Shown: positions 37,280 through 49,907 of the stretch, in pieces
Numbering within the stretch: the first letter of the stretch is position 1
Layout of the letters: every line of letters begins with the position of its first letter
NCBI RefSeq assembly: GCF_963921235.1
Contig: NC_086097.1
Span: 72,232,001 to 72,296,000, forward strand
From: Mobula hypostoma
Lineage: Eukaryota
DNA length: 64,000 bases
Reading direction: 5' to 3'
Notes under the pieces: generated by a model
The model's input: only the letters and a program-made list of their open reading frames with translations
Told to the model about the DNA's origin: nothing
The model's database searches: none
Position numbers and translations under genes: made by a program

Positions 37280-37530
37280 AAAAAAAAAACTATTGGAGGA
37301 ACTCAGTTATCAGGCAGTATCAGCAGAGGGAAAAAACAGTCAACATTTCGGGATGAAACTCTTCATCCAGACTAAAAGGTGGAGGGAAGATAGCCAGCAT
37401 AAAGAGGGCTGTGGGCTGACAGGAAAGAGGTCTGGCTGGGGTGGGGGTAGGAGGACTTGATAGATCAGGAAGAGAGAAGAAAGGGGTGGAGAGGTAGTGG
37501 GTTGCCTGAAAAAGGAGAACTAAATATTTA
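37280..37530 (-). mobile_element. Penelope-like 3' end with broken hammerhead core
   Basis: Minus agtc-tggatga-a-gagtttcatccc-gaaa-tgttgactg. Confidence 0.75.
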
Positions 37531-37669
37531 GTTCACCCCTCCTCCACCCATATACTCTTCTCACTAAGTCCCATCCCCCAAATGGTCCCATCTGTCCACC
37601 TTTTATCTGGTGCCATGCTCCACCTTCCTTTCCCATCAAATTCCTTCATCTGCAGCCTTTTGTTGCTTC

Positions 37670-38250
37670 TTTTAGGGGCCATTGAATACAAGTACAGAGA
37701 GATTGCGTTCCAAATTTATAAAACATGTACAGATCTTGGACATGCTATAAGAAGGATGAGATTAAACTAGAGAGGGTGCAGAAAAGATTCACAGGATTAT
37801 GATCAGGATTGGAGGGCCTGAGTTATAAAAAAACTATTGGTAGGAGTGTCTAAAACTAGAGAGCATGGGTTTAAGGTGGGAGGGAAGATGTTTAGAAGAG
37901 ATGTAATGGGGACATTTTTCACCTACAGGGTGATATCATCTAGAATAGATGATGAGAAAAAATGGTGCAAACAAAGTTCTTGACAACATTGAAGAAATAT
38001 TTAGAAAAGCATTTGAATTGCCCCGAGATATAAGACTGCAAGCCAAGTTCTTGGAGATGAAATTAGTATAGATAGGTGCCCACTGGAACAGCAACAACAT
38101 TAAAGAGGCATATTGATGGACACTTGAATTAACAAGGCATCGAGGAGTATGGAACTATTGCAGGCAGGTATGATTAATACAGATAGGCTTGATGGTCGGC
38201 ATAGATGCAGTGGGCCAAGTAGCCTGTTTCTATGCTGTATAAATCTGTGA
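37670..38250 (+). mobile_element. CR1-type 3' fragments
   Basis: GAIEYKYRE..., LERVQKRFT remnants; 3' UTR. Confidence 0.7.
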
Positions 38251-38254
38251 TCCT

Positions 38255-38683
38255 ATAGATAGATAGATATAGCTAGACATGCTTTATTGATCCCGAGGGA
38301 AACTGGGTTTCATTACAGTTGCACCAACCAAGAATAGAGTATAAATATAGCAATATAAAACCATAAATAATTAAATAATAATATGCAAATTAAGCCAGAT
38401 GGAAATAAGTCCAGGACCAGCCTATTGGCTCCGGGTGTCTGACTCTCCAAGGGAGGAGTTGTAAAGTTTGATGGCCACAGGCAGGAATGACTTCCTATGA
38501 CGCTCTGTGTTGCATCTCGGTGGAATGAGTCTCTGGCTCAATGTACTCCTTTGCCCAACCAGTACATTATGTAGTGGATGGGAGACATTGACCAAGATGG
38601 CATGCAACTTAGACAACATCCTCTTTTCAGACACCACCGTCAGAGAGTCCATTTCCATCCCCACAACATCACTGGCCTTACGA
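38255..38683 (-). mobile_element. Rex1-type LINE 3' end
   Basis: SKLHAILVNVSHPLH...CNTERHRKSFLPVAIKLYN; (gata)n tail. Confidence 0.88.
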
Positions 38684-38684
38684 C

Positions 38685-38780
38685 TTACAAACTCAGCACA
38701 GGCAGGAACTGATGTTGTGATTAAACCCAGGTCTCTGATGCTCTGAGGCAGCAGCTCTCTTAGCTGCACCACTGTGCGGC
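38685..38780 (-). mobile_element. tRNA-derived SINE head
   Basis: Minus gcacagtggtgcagct..agagctgctgcctca...gacctgggtttaatc (A and B boxes). Confidence 0.7.
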
Positions 38781-40367
38781 GTAAGCTCACTCCCACTCCA
38801 GGTCACAGTCCTGACCTGGATATATCTTGAGGATCCTTCATGTTTTCTGAGTCAATCTCCTAAACTTTGCCACGCAGCATTGTAGGAATACCTTCACTAC
38901 AGGGACTGCAGTGACTCAGGGAGCCCTGAAAGGCTTTCTCACTCTCTTTGAATCCCACACAGCTTACAACGTGATTTATTTCAAATTATGTTCAGGGTAC
39001 CCAGGATTCCATAATGTTCATTGTGAAGAATCATTTTCTTCACTGCTGGTTCCTGCACTTTCAGAATGTTATTGGTGACGGGCCAGTTGCACAAGAGGAG
39101 CTACTCAATGCAGCTTAAGACCTCAATTTGCATTTTGCTGAGACAAATGTGATAAAATTCCTGTCTCTTTCTCTCACTCTCTATAGATTCTCTCAGGCAA
39201 AATAAATTGAGGGTCTTAACCCAGTTTCTGGTAGATACAAATCAACAGGACAAAACTGCTCTCCTGCACTAAACTAATACTAAATTGGCAGTTTAAATCG
39301 GAGCGTGTATAAGGACAGAAATTGATCTGTCTGACTTGTATGGTTGGAAGCACACCTTTGAAATTGAGGTTAAGGCTGGCTATTCCTGACTTGAGAAGAC
39401 GTGATATTGGCACTGGGTGTAAAAGATGTGAAAGCATTTTAGGAATATAAAGGAAGGTCATGGTGACACTTCATATTATGTCCAATGACGAGAAAGAAGA
39501 TTCTTCATCAGCCTGATGTTTATTAGTTTTGTGGTAGCTTTGATATTGTTGTCACAGTGTTGCTATTACATTATGAGTTAGAAATTGTAACAAGCTTAGA
39601 AACATGTATTTAAGCAGCAGCCATTTTATGCAGGTTTTACATTGCAATACTCTGTCACATACAAGGCTGACAGCATCATGCCTAGTAAACATTTGCCTTG
39701 CTACCCCCTACCATACTGATAGTGAAGACTGTGGTTGAACTGAGCTTTGTGAAACATATTCATTTTACAAGACTTATGTGAGGCCAAAACTCACTACCCA
39801 TCAGTAACTTCTCTTGGAAAAGTGTTGTGGAACTTCTTTCTTCAACTTCTAAGGAAGGTACTCCCACAGTGCTGTTAGGCAGGGAGATCGAGGATTTAAA
39901 TGCAATGAAGATTGAGGACTGATGATACATTTCCAAATCAGGATAGTGTATGACTTGGAGCGGGACCTGCAGGTGACGATGCTTCCATGTGCCTAGGGTC
40001 CTTGTCCATCATGAGTCAGGGTTTTGGCAGGGGCAGGGGGCTTCTCTCAGAGTAGCCTAGACAAGAAAGCGCTGTGCGTATTGAAAATGGTGTACACTGC
40101 AGCCACTGTGGAAGGGGGAGGGAATGTTTTAGGTGGTTAATGGGGTACCAATCAAACAAGTTATAAAAACAAGGAAAGGATGGATGCTTGGGCTTCCTGG
40201 GCAGGATCCCAAATAAATTCAGATCTTTTACATTAAGTGTCAGAGCAGAGCACCCAGATGAATGGCCTCATTGATGTTTGTGGAGGGTGGATCTTTGCTG
40301 TCATTGAAAGAGGTGATGGATACATTTTGGAAAAATTAGGAATTGTGGGCTCTGCAGAACTTCTTAC

Positions 40368-40469
40368 TTCATGTACTTGATCACGTTTATTAACCAGGTG
40401 TTTGTACATATTGTACAGCATAGCATGTGGGAATATTGCAACACATGATAGGAATTCTAGGCTGTCTTT
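40368..40469 (-). CDS. Candidate internal exon (phase 0-0, 102 nt) of the putative cytokine-like gene
   Basis: tagatag|KDSLEFLSCVAIFPHAMLYNMYKHLVNKRDQVHE|gtaaga; needs the second of two close AGs. Confidence 0.3.
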
Positions 40470-40599
40470 CTATCTAGTATCAATGAAATATAAAGGCTAT
40501 TTGCTCTTTGGTCATTGATTTTCAGAGCTCTGCAGTAACTCTACTCACTCTGTTCATTTAGATGTGTATTATTTTATTGAATTTATGTTCTGATTCAAA

Positions 40600-40830
40600 C
40601 CAATGCCTACCCTTTAAGCAGGACATAAAAGAGCAGAATCCTGCTTTTATTGTTCCTCAGCTGACATCACATTACCTGGTCATTATCAGACAGATGTTTC
40701 TCTCAGGATGCTATGCTCAAGTCACAATCATATTTTGAACACTGCATTTAAAGTGATTCTTCAAAAGTGCTCACTGGCTATAAAACACTTGTGATATCCT
40801 GAGGTTCTGAAAGGCAGGGAAATGTTGTTT
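40600..40830 (+). mobile_element. Deu-domain-type SINE remnant
   Basis: attacctggtcattatca and cttcaaaagtgctcactggctataaaacact..tcctgaggttctgaaagg resemble the DeuSINE core and tail (recalled consensus). Confidence 0.5.
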
Positions 40831-41369
40831 TAAATAGATCACATAACTAGTCTGTTGAAAGGATCCCCAAAATCTTTGATTAAATTTCATTCACTTTCAA
40901 CTGCAAAGGACAGTAAATAGATTTTTGTATATAGAGAGAAATGTACAGAATAAAAGAAGGATGATAAGGCAAACAAAGAGAACATCCATTTTGTTGTTGT
41001 CCTTTGTTTGGGTCATGGTGTCAGCAGAGAGCCATGTTGTAAGTTGTATTGAATGCTATTGTTCAAAGGGTTAACAAGCTGTTCTCTTTCCTTCTTCTCC
41101 CAGTCCAAGCCCACAAGTTGGCATTGTCCTCCCCTCTCACTTTTGTCAGATGTGTATTGCACATTCTCAATGTACTAACACTTGCTATGAAGTCTACAAA
41201 CCACCTACTCTTCAACCAGTGCAGAACAGTGAGAACAACTTGTACTGGTTAGGAGTTATTCTATTATATGGAGCTGCATAGAAATGACAATAGGAACACA
41301 GCTTATTCAATCACGCTATCATTTACTCACACACAGGCAGTTATCGAATGTTCAACGCTGCCTTTTTCT

Positions 41370-42205
41370 CTTTATCTGTCACCTCCTTTCCTTATAGCAC
41401 CTAACTAGTACACTCTTCCATGTCAACAAATTTTGTGCATATGCCTCTATAATATTGCTGATCCATCCTCTAAGCTCATCCGCCTTTCCTAAAATACTCC
41501 TTGCATTAAAATATACACAACTCAGAGCATTAGTCTCACCATGCTCAATGATTTCATTCCTGACTTGGTATGCAGGCTTCACATCTTTCCCTGCAACCAC
41601 TCTACTATCTGCTCAGGTGCTCTGGTTCCCATCCCCCTGGGGCTCTAGTTTAACACCTACCCCACCTCCCCCTCACTTCACCCTGTGCAGCACCAACAAA
41701 CAAACACCCTGCCACAACGATATTTGTTCCCTTTCAGTTCAGGTACAAGATGCCTTATCTGCCCTTCCTCCAGCACCATCTCCTTAGCCACATGTAAAAC
41801 TGTATGATCTTTCTGTTTCTGGCCTCACTAGCACGTGGCATGGGTAGCAATCCTAAGATCACAACTCTGGAGGTCCTGTCCTTTAACTTAGCACCGAACT
41901 CCCTGTACTCATTTTGCAGGACCTCGTCGCCCTTCCAGTTAATTGGTACCGATGTGAATCACAACCTTTGGCTGCCCAAGCTTCCACTCAAGAATGCTTC
42001 GGAATCAAGATCCAAGATGTCCCTGACCCAGGCACCCATAAGGCAACATACCACTCTGAATCTCGTTCTCGTCCACAGAACCTCCGGTCTATTCCCCTAA
42101 CTATTGAATACCCTATCACTACAGCCTGCCACTGCTTCCCCCTTCCCTTCTGAGTCACAGAGCCAGTTTCAGTGCAAAGCACCCGACGGCTGTGGCTTTC
42201 TGGAC
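41370..42205 (-). mobile_element. CR1 fragment spanning the ORF1/ORF2 junction
   Basis: VVIGYSIVRGIDRRFCG (ORF1) and CVYFNARSILGKADEL (ORF2 start). Confidence 0.85.
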
Positions 42206-42425
42206 AATATGACATTATGATACAAGATAATGTGTTCATTTATAGCCAGTTTATTCTATCCTCTCAGTGAATTTGGTGAGTTTCTTCTTCCCTCTGTTCA
42301 AAATTTTTCTTACATAATACGTATATCTATTTCTGTTTATTCCTGCATTTTCAGCCATTGGACCCAGTTTACCCCATCATCTGTAATTGTAAATTCATCC
42401 ATCAAATAACCCCTTTTTCGATTAC

Positions 42426-42473
42426 CTGTATCGACACTTTACGGACAGTTGTAACAATTCTTTCACATAGCGC
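42426..42473 (-). CDS. Candidate 48-nt exon of the putative cytokine-like gene
   Basis: ggtag|ALCERIVTTVRKVSIQ|gtaatc; 3 CpGs in 48 nt; also open in phase 2 (RYVKELLQLSVKCRY). Confidence 0.3.
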
Positions 42474-42712
42474 CTACCACAATGCATTAATAGGATAATT
42501 GGTCATTTTAAACTGTCCCGTGAATGTGCTGGGGTGAAATCGGGGGGTTGCTGGGCGGCACAGCTTGGTTGGCCAGAAGGGCCTGATCCTCACTGGACCT
42601 CCAAATACATAAATACAGGCTGCAGCTGAAACAGCTGGTCACCTGAGGCTAGGCAAACCGTATTTTGGTAATAATCTTCTGGAGCTTAAACCTGAAGGAA
42701 AACCTCCAAAAG

Positions 42713-43980
42713 TAAACACAAAATACTCTGCAGATGCTGGGGTCAAAGCAACACTCACAACACGCTTGAGGAACTCATAACAGACTCTCATAACTACCTC
42801 GACTATACCTCTTCCCACCCTGCCACATGCAAAAATGTCATTTCCTATTCCCAGTTCCTCCGTCTCCGTTGCACCTGCTCCCAGGATGAGGCTTTCCATT
42901 CCAGGGCATCTCAAATGTCCTCTTTCTTTAAGGATCGTGGTTTCCCTTCCGCTGTCATCAATGATGCCCTCCTCTGCATTTCCTCCATTTCCCGCACTTC
43001 AGCCCTCACCCCATCCTCCCATCACCACAACAGGGACAGAGTTCCCCTTGTCCTCACCTACCACCCCACCAGCCTCCAGATCCAGCACATTATCCTCTGC
43101 AACTTCCACCACCTTCAACAGGACCACAGCACTAAGCATATCTTTCCCTCTCCACCCCTCTCCGCTTTCTGCAGGGATCCACACGTCCCTCCCCACGATC
43201 TCCCACCCGGCACTTATCCCTGTAAGCGTAAGTGCTACACCTGTCCCTACACCTCCTCTCTTGCCATCATTCAGGGCCCCAAACAGTCCTTCCAGGTGAG
43301 GCAACACTTCACTTGTGAATCTGTTGGGGTCATCGATTGCATCCAGTCCTCCCAATGCGGCCTTCTCTACATCGGTGAAATCCGACGCAGATTGGGGGAC
43401 CTCTTCGTCGAGCACCTCCGCTCCGTCCGCCACAACAGACAGGATCTCCTGGTAGCCACCCACTTCAACTCTGCTTCCCACTCCCATTCAGATATGTCCA
43501 TACATGGCCTCCTCTACTGCCATGATGAGGCTAAACTCAAGTTGGAGGAGCAACACTTCATGTACTGTCTAGGTAGTCTCCAGCCCCTTGGTATGAACAT
43601 AGAATTCTCCAACTTCCGGTAATTCCATCCCCCTCCCTTCTCCTATCCCAGTTTCACTCTGCCCCTCCTCCAGCTGCCTATCACCTCCCTCATGGTTCCG
43701 CCTCCTTCTACTACCCATTGTGTTTTCCCCTATTCCTGCTTCACCTTTCCTGCCTATCACCTCCCTGCTTCCCCTCCCCCACCCCTTTATCTTTCCCCTT
43801 ACTGGTTTTTCAGCTGGAACCTACCCGCCTTCTCCTTCCCACCCTCCCCCCACCTTCTTCATAGGGCCTCTGCCCCTTCCCTCCTCAGTCCTGACGAAGG
43901 GCTCCGGTCCGAAACGTTGACTGATCATTTCCACAGATGCTGCCCGACCTGCTGAGTTCCTCTGGCATGTTGTGCGTATT
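42713..43980 (+). mobile_element. Penelope-like element, 5'-truncated, with inverted 5' terminal repeat
   Basis: ORF 42915-43622 with a GIY-YIG-type VIDCIQ...LLYIGE; inverted terminal piece 42713-42777; 10-bp TSD cctccaa(a/t)ag (42703-42712, 43981-43990). Confidence 0.95.
43886..43923 (+). ncRNA. Minimal type I hammerhead ribozyme motif
   Basis: CAGTC-CTGACGA-A-GGGC(TCCG)GTCC-GAAA-CG-TT-GACTG: stem I CAGUC/GACUG, stem II, intact core boxes, palindromic AACGTT. Confidence 0.8.
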
Positions 43981-45216
43981 CCTCCAATAGCTAAGCAGTT
44001 ATTTTCATTGCAATATCTAGAAACCTCTCAATTCCAGAAATTTTGCCTTTCACAAACAGAAGTTTTTGGGTTCAGCAGAGGGAGGGAAGGAAGATGGGAA
44101 ATGGATGTTGGTGGTGATGGTGTGTAGTAGGGGATGTTCTGGAAGTCCTTGAGAGAGTGCAGGTGCTTTTGTCATTGTGCCTCCTGGGTTTTTATTGGTT
44201 CTTCCATCAATGTCACAACAGACTTGCAGCTGAGCCATAGCTACTGTAGCTTTAATGCAAAAGTGGACAATACCAAGTTTGCCACACTATATTCCATTTA
44301 CCACATCACATGCAACCCCCTACCCATCTTCTACCCATGTCAGTACGACACCTTGTCACCTACCATGCCACTGTGCACACCAGTATGATTTTGAGAAGGA
44401 AACAAGGACAACAAAGAGGATTAAGTTGATAAAACTCAGCACAGAAAGCGATACAGAGATGCAAAGAAAGACTGGAATAAAAGGCAAAAGCAAAAGAGAA
44501 GAGATAGAATAGGAAAATTATGAAAAGTTAAACAGTTCCAATTTTACTTACTAAGAGTCTCAATCTGCAGCTTACCACATTCGGGAATGATTCTGGACAG
44601 CATTATACCCTTCTGAGCCTTTGAGCCTCGGAGTCATTGCATAATAACTTACACGCCATTAAAAAGCTCTAATACTCTGCATTATGCACAACAATGGCTA
44701 ACTTGGAAAAAGAAATCAAACCAGCTCCTATAAATAATAAGGAAGTTGTGGATGAGGTGTTATGTGTGTGAAGTGAAACATAAAGACTACATAAATAAAC
44801 TGGAGGATAATTTACAATTCAGTGTTTATCTCTAAAATCACTGAATTTGCTAACTGACTTAGTCTAAATTTCCAAATTTCATCTAACTTTAGAGGATTTG
44901 CACTACTCATAAAATTAAGTTATTTCTATATTTGAAAATCTAGATTTATGCTGTACTGAGCTAGTCCAGCTCGAATGTTTGGGACCTTGGGATCTCCTTC
45001 CCCATAATGTATTCATCTCACGTCATAACATCACATAGTTAAAGAGATCTCTGTGAAGCGTATCATAACAGTTTTGTAATTCAGTGACTTATTAATATTC
45101 AGAAGGCACTGTGCATGTTTATTACCTAGATTATACTCTCTCTTTCCAGTCCTTCACTGTGAGAGCTGGATTAGTCTACAGTGAGCCTATTAATGACTGA
45201 TATAGGTCATTGTTAC

Positions 45217-45393
45217 TGACCTCAGGATTCCTGAACATTTCCAGCTGGAAGCAAAGATTGTATTATTTGCTATCTCTTGTGTTACCTCTGCAATGGGAAT
45301 TGAATGTGAAGGCATTGCATTAACCAACAACCTCTTCATTATGGCCAATGACACGAGAGTTAGGAAGAGCAAGACCTCACTCCTGTTTGCCAT
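45217..45393 (-). CDS. Candidate first coding exon (signal peptide + amphipathic helix)
   Basis: MANRSEVLLFLTLVSLAIMKRLLVNA-MPSHSIPIAEVTQEIANNT...; possible donors after 45286 (phase 0), 45221 (phase 2, GTCAGT) and 45217 (phase 0). Confidence 0.35.
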
Positions 45394-45974
45394 TCATCAG
45401 CAGCTCTCCCATACTAGACCTTTTCTCAAATGAGTCAACGTGCAGAATAAATCCATCAGTTAATACAAATAATGCTACAATGATGCATAATTAATCCAAG
45501 GATCTCAAGTCATTTTAATTTATTATTTGTCATTTTAAAGGCAACATAGCTGGAATGTATCCATTTATTTTCCAGGCATTTGACCAAGCAGTAGTAACTG
45601 TAACACAGAAAGGTGATTCCTCATGTGATGCACAAGGCAGCATTTTGACAAATGTGATAAGATGCTTTATAACTAAATACTTCATTCAATTTTATTGCCC
45701 TTCTTTTTTTATAAATTATAGTTTTAGGTACCCAGCAAAAATAAATTACAAGCTATATAATTCACTTTATAAACTGCTCTGGATGAGCTGGATTTAGCAG
45801 TGAAGAACTTCTGTTTTGAAAGAGCGATTAGCAAGGCTTTGCAGATACATTTCCCAAAATAAGAATTGGTTTGTCATCATTTCATGTTGTTCATTTTTGT
45901 GCTTTTTTCCAAATCTGTCACAGTAAGTTTTCAACGTGCATCAGCTTCCCCACCCAGTATCCAGTCAGGACATA

Positions 45975-46070
45975 TTCCTGATGAAGGGTCTCAGCACACT
46001 ATGTTGATCGTTTGTTTTGCTTCATGATGCTGTCTAGCTGTTGAGTTCCTCCAGCATTTTGTGTGTGTTG
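45975..46070 (+). mobile_element. Penelope-like terminal repeat fragment
   Basis: tcctgatgaagggtctcagc...gagttcctccagcattttgtgtgtgtt. Confidence 0.8.
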
Positions 46071-47837
46071 AGTGGGGGCAATAGATTGTATCTGATCATT
46101 CTACTTTGTTGGGGGGTGGTGTGGAAGCAAGTTTTCTGTGAGGAGCGTGTGTGTGCCAATTTCTGTGGGTCCAATTCGGACTCTCAGGGAAGGGGATATC
46201 TATAATTCTAGGAGAATAAGGGACAGAGGAAGTGTACTTGATCCACAAGTAGCTCTTCCTTTAACTCCAAAAGTGTCTATGTATTCCCTCAGTGCTAGGT
46301 TTCTCATCTCTGGTAAATTTCATAACCTAGGTTTATGTTCATGAAGTAGAATGGGGTCCCACAAAAAAAATTGTTTATGTTGTAACAAGACACAAGTTGT
46401 AAACATTACTTCAGTTTCAAAAAGAGAAAGAAAATCTGTGCCTGAATTTTTCTGATTAACTTTTAAAGTTATCATTTTGACTGGATCATAACAGAGATGT
46501 GGGAGCCTATCATTTGAACACAGGTAGAAAATAAGAACACTGTGTTAGTGAGCAGATAGAAGGGCCAAATTAAAAATGAATACATTTAATACAGAATATC
46601 GGTGTTTTTTAACATCTTGAAACAGAGCCATCTATTCAGGACGCAGCACAAGGAACTTGAAAAACAGACTTCTGTAATATAGTATTGTCAATAAAATGAA
46701 GATAAAAATCATACTAGGCTTTTTTCCAGAATGATTGTCATTAAAAATTAAAAGAGCAATTGATAAAATGCATTTAGCAAAATGACACCACTGATTTAAA
46801 ACTATAATTCTTTGAGTAATTGAACACAAAGGGATTCAATCAGCTGGCATTGTAAGCACTGATATGCTTTTATATTGTTGAGTTTAATTCACTATATTGT
46901 TTACTTTCTCATTCATAATTATGATCTTTCTGATTTTTGTCCGCAATGTTCAACAAATCAAGAGTTATCAATGTTATGGATTTGAATGGCAACCAATTTT
47001 AGCAACCACTGACTGTATGAGGGACTTGGTGCTAAGGTACAGAACAGACAAAATGGAGACAAAGCTCCATGTACTTCATCTAATAATGATCCATAGTGTC
47101 TCACACTATAAAAGTAGTCAAACTTCAATTTTTCACAGAAAATATTCACAGCATTTCTAAATGTAGGGTTGTTTCTTTGCAGGGTATTTATGGTTATCTC
47201 GTGTGGGGAAATTTCACCCACTCAATTTATGTTCCTGAGTCATAGAAGGGAAACTTGCCAACTTGTTCCTGTTTTAAAAAGCCACAAGTAGGGAACATAA
47301 TATTGTGGTTTCCAACCACTATAACACCAGACGGAATTCCAGTTATTCTGCACTGGATCAAAATGAAGTGAAAAGATTGTGTTCTATGCCAAACCTATCA
47401 TTCTCGTTTAAGATATTCCAAGGTGAGGTACTCATTTTTAAGGGTTTTGTGCACGCGCTGTTACTTTCAGTTGGGTTTCCATATGTTTGGGTCACTTAAA
47501 CTTAGTCCACAATAATAAGCATTCTAATTTCTCACAACAGAGCCCATCTTTTCCTCCAATTGGAAAGCTCATAAATATCAGTTATCTACCTGCTGGCCAC
47601 CTTCCAAAATTCTGGAAGAACCAGTTGCTACTAATTTATTTAAAAGGCAATTAAAAGGGATAGTGCTAAGGTAATATACCTCAGGTATTTGTCATATAAA
47701 TTTTGCAAGTGACCCTGACATTGATGCTGCCAATTATAACTAAATCAGATAGCACTAGTTTTGTTACTCAGTGGGTATGGTACTGAAAAATGCAACTTCG
47801 ATTTAAAATAAAATGTAAATTGTAAAATTAAATTAGG

Positions 47838-49092
47838 AAACACACACAAAATGCTGGAGGAACTCAGCAGGTCGAACAACAGCTATGGAAATGAATAAAC
47901 AGTTGACATTTTGGGCTGAGATCTTTCATCAGGACTGGAAAGGAAGGGGGAATACGCCAGAATGAAAGGTTGGGGAGGAGAGGAAGGAGGACATGCTAAT
48001 TAGGTGAAGCCAGGTAAATGAGGAAGGGAAAGAGCTGGAGAAGAAGGAATCTAATAGAAAGGAGAGTGGACCATGGGAGAAAGGGAAGAAGGAGGGGCAC
48101 CGGGGGAGGTGATAGCGAGGCCAAGAGAGGAGAGGAGAACAGAAGAAAAGGGAAGGAGGAGGGGAAAAGTATTACCGGAAGGAGAAATGGGATGTTCATG
48201 CCATCAGGTTGGAAGCTACCTAGATAGAATATGAGGCATTGCTGCTCCACCCTGAGAGTTGTCTCATCATTGCAAAAGAGGAGGCCATGGACCAACATGC
48301 TGGAACAGGAATGGGGATAGGAATTAAAATAGTTGGCCACCGGAAAGTTACATTTTTGGAGGATGGAGTAGAGGTGCTCAACAAAACAGTTCCCCAACTT
48401 ACGTCAGGTATCAGCTATGTACAGAAGACGGCATTGCGAGCACCGGACACAATAGATGACCCTAAAAGATTTACAGATGAAGCGTTGCCTCACCTGAAAG
48501 GACTGTTTGTGGCCCTGAATGGAGGTAAGGGAGGAGGTGTATAGGCAGGTGTAGAATTTCTGTCACCTGCAGGGATCAGTGCCATGAGGGAGATTAGTGG
48601 GGAGGGATGAATGGACAAGGGAATCACGAAGAGAGTGAGCCCTGCGGAAAGTAGGAAGTTGGGGGGAGGTAAAGATTTGTTCGGTGGTAGCATTCTGTTG
48701 AAGTTGGCGGAAGTTGTGGAAAACGATGTGCTGGATACAAAAGCTCATGAGGTGCTAGGTGGGGTCAAGAGGAATTTTATCCCTGTTAAGGTGATGGAAA
48801 GATACTGTGAGTGGAGATGTCCAGGTGATGGTAGCATTAATGGTGGAGGAAGAGAAACCCTGTGCTTTGAAAAAGGAGGACATCTCTGATATCCTGGAAA
48901 GGAAAGTCTCATCCTTGGAACAAATGTGGTGGAGACAAAGGAACTGAGAATAGGGAATGTTATTTTTACAGGAGAGAAGCTGGGAAGAGGTAAAGTCAAG
49001 ATAGCTGTGGGATTCGATAGGTTTATAAAAGATGTTGGTAGACAGTTTGTCTCCAGAGATGAAGACAGAGAGATCGAGAAAGGAGAGAGAGT
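47838..49092 (-). mobile_element. Penelope-like element, 5'-truncated
   Basis: LSFLDLSV...IFYKP..SHSYLD and GIY-YIG remnants; hammerhead-type motif at ~47900-47937 on minus. Confidence 0.9.
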
Positions 49093-49907
49093 TAATTAGA
49101 AATCTTTCTTTCATAGAAAGCCACCAAGAGAAACAGCTAATTAAACCGATTACACATGAATGAATTCCGAGTTCCACTAAAATTTGACATTGTACTTTGA
49201 GGACAATAACTATAAAGAAATATTCTCATTTTATTTTGACGTCAGTGTTACAATGGCATCGTCATGGTCATCTCAGACATTAATCTGAACATCTATTTGA
49301 GGCATTTTGGGCTCTGCTGTTAGCTAGAAAATACATTGGCTTAACAATTTGTTTTCCAAATTCTCATGCCAATTAAATGAACTTCAAGCATTTTTTGTTA
49401 CATTGAATACTGTGTATTTTATTCTTATAAATTCTTTGTAAGAGTAAGTGAAAACAGATAACAGGTCTTAACTTCTGCCTAGTAATAAGAAGTTGAAGCA
49501 CTTTTTCCCTTATTCCTGTTCTAGCATTTCAATGACTGACATTTTACTTCATCTTCACTTTCCTGCAGTAGTCCCACATCCTTCGATTTTGGTTAATATC
49601 CATACATTATCTGTCTCACACTTAGTGGCTGATGTTCAACAGCCTCCTTCAGTAAAGAATAAACTGCTTCTCATCATGGTTCGGAATACCTAATCCCTTA
49701 TTTGGAGACTCCAACACCGAGATCTCGACATTCCAGCCAGTGATAACATCATACCTACATTTACTACGTCAAGCCCCATAAGAAGTTTGGCATTTTAATA
49801 CTATTGCCTCTCATTATTCTAAATCTGTTATCTTATGAGTCCAATCTGTTTAATCCCTCCTCAGCCAGCAAACCCACTACTCCCAGAATTTATCTGGTGT
49901 ATCTATG

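Noticed and set aside
41141..41193. Extra minus-strand exon DFIASVSTLRMCNTHLTK
   Set aside because: Phase 1-0 does not fit the candidate gene, and the acceptor is weak
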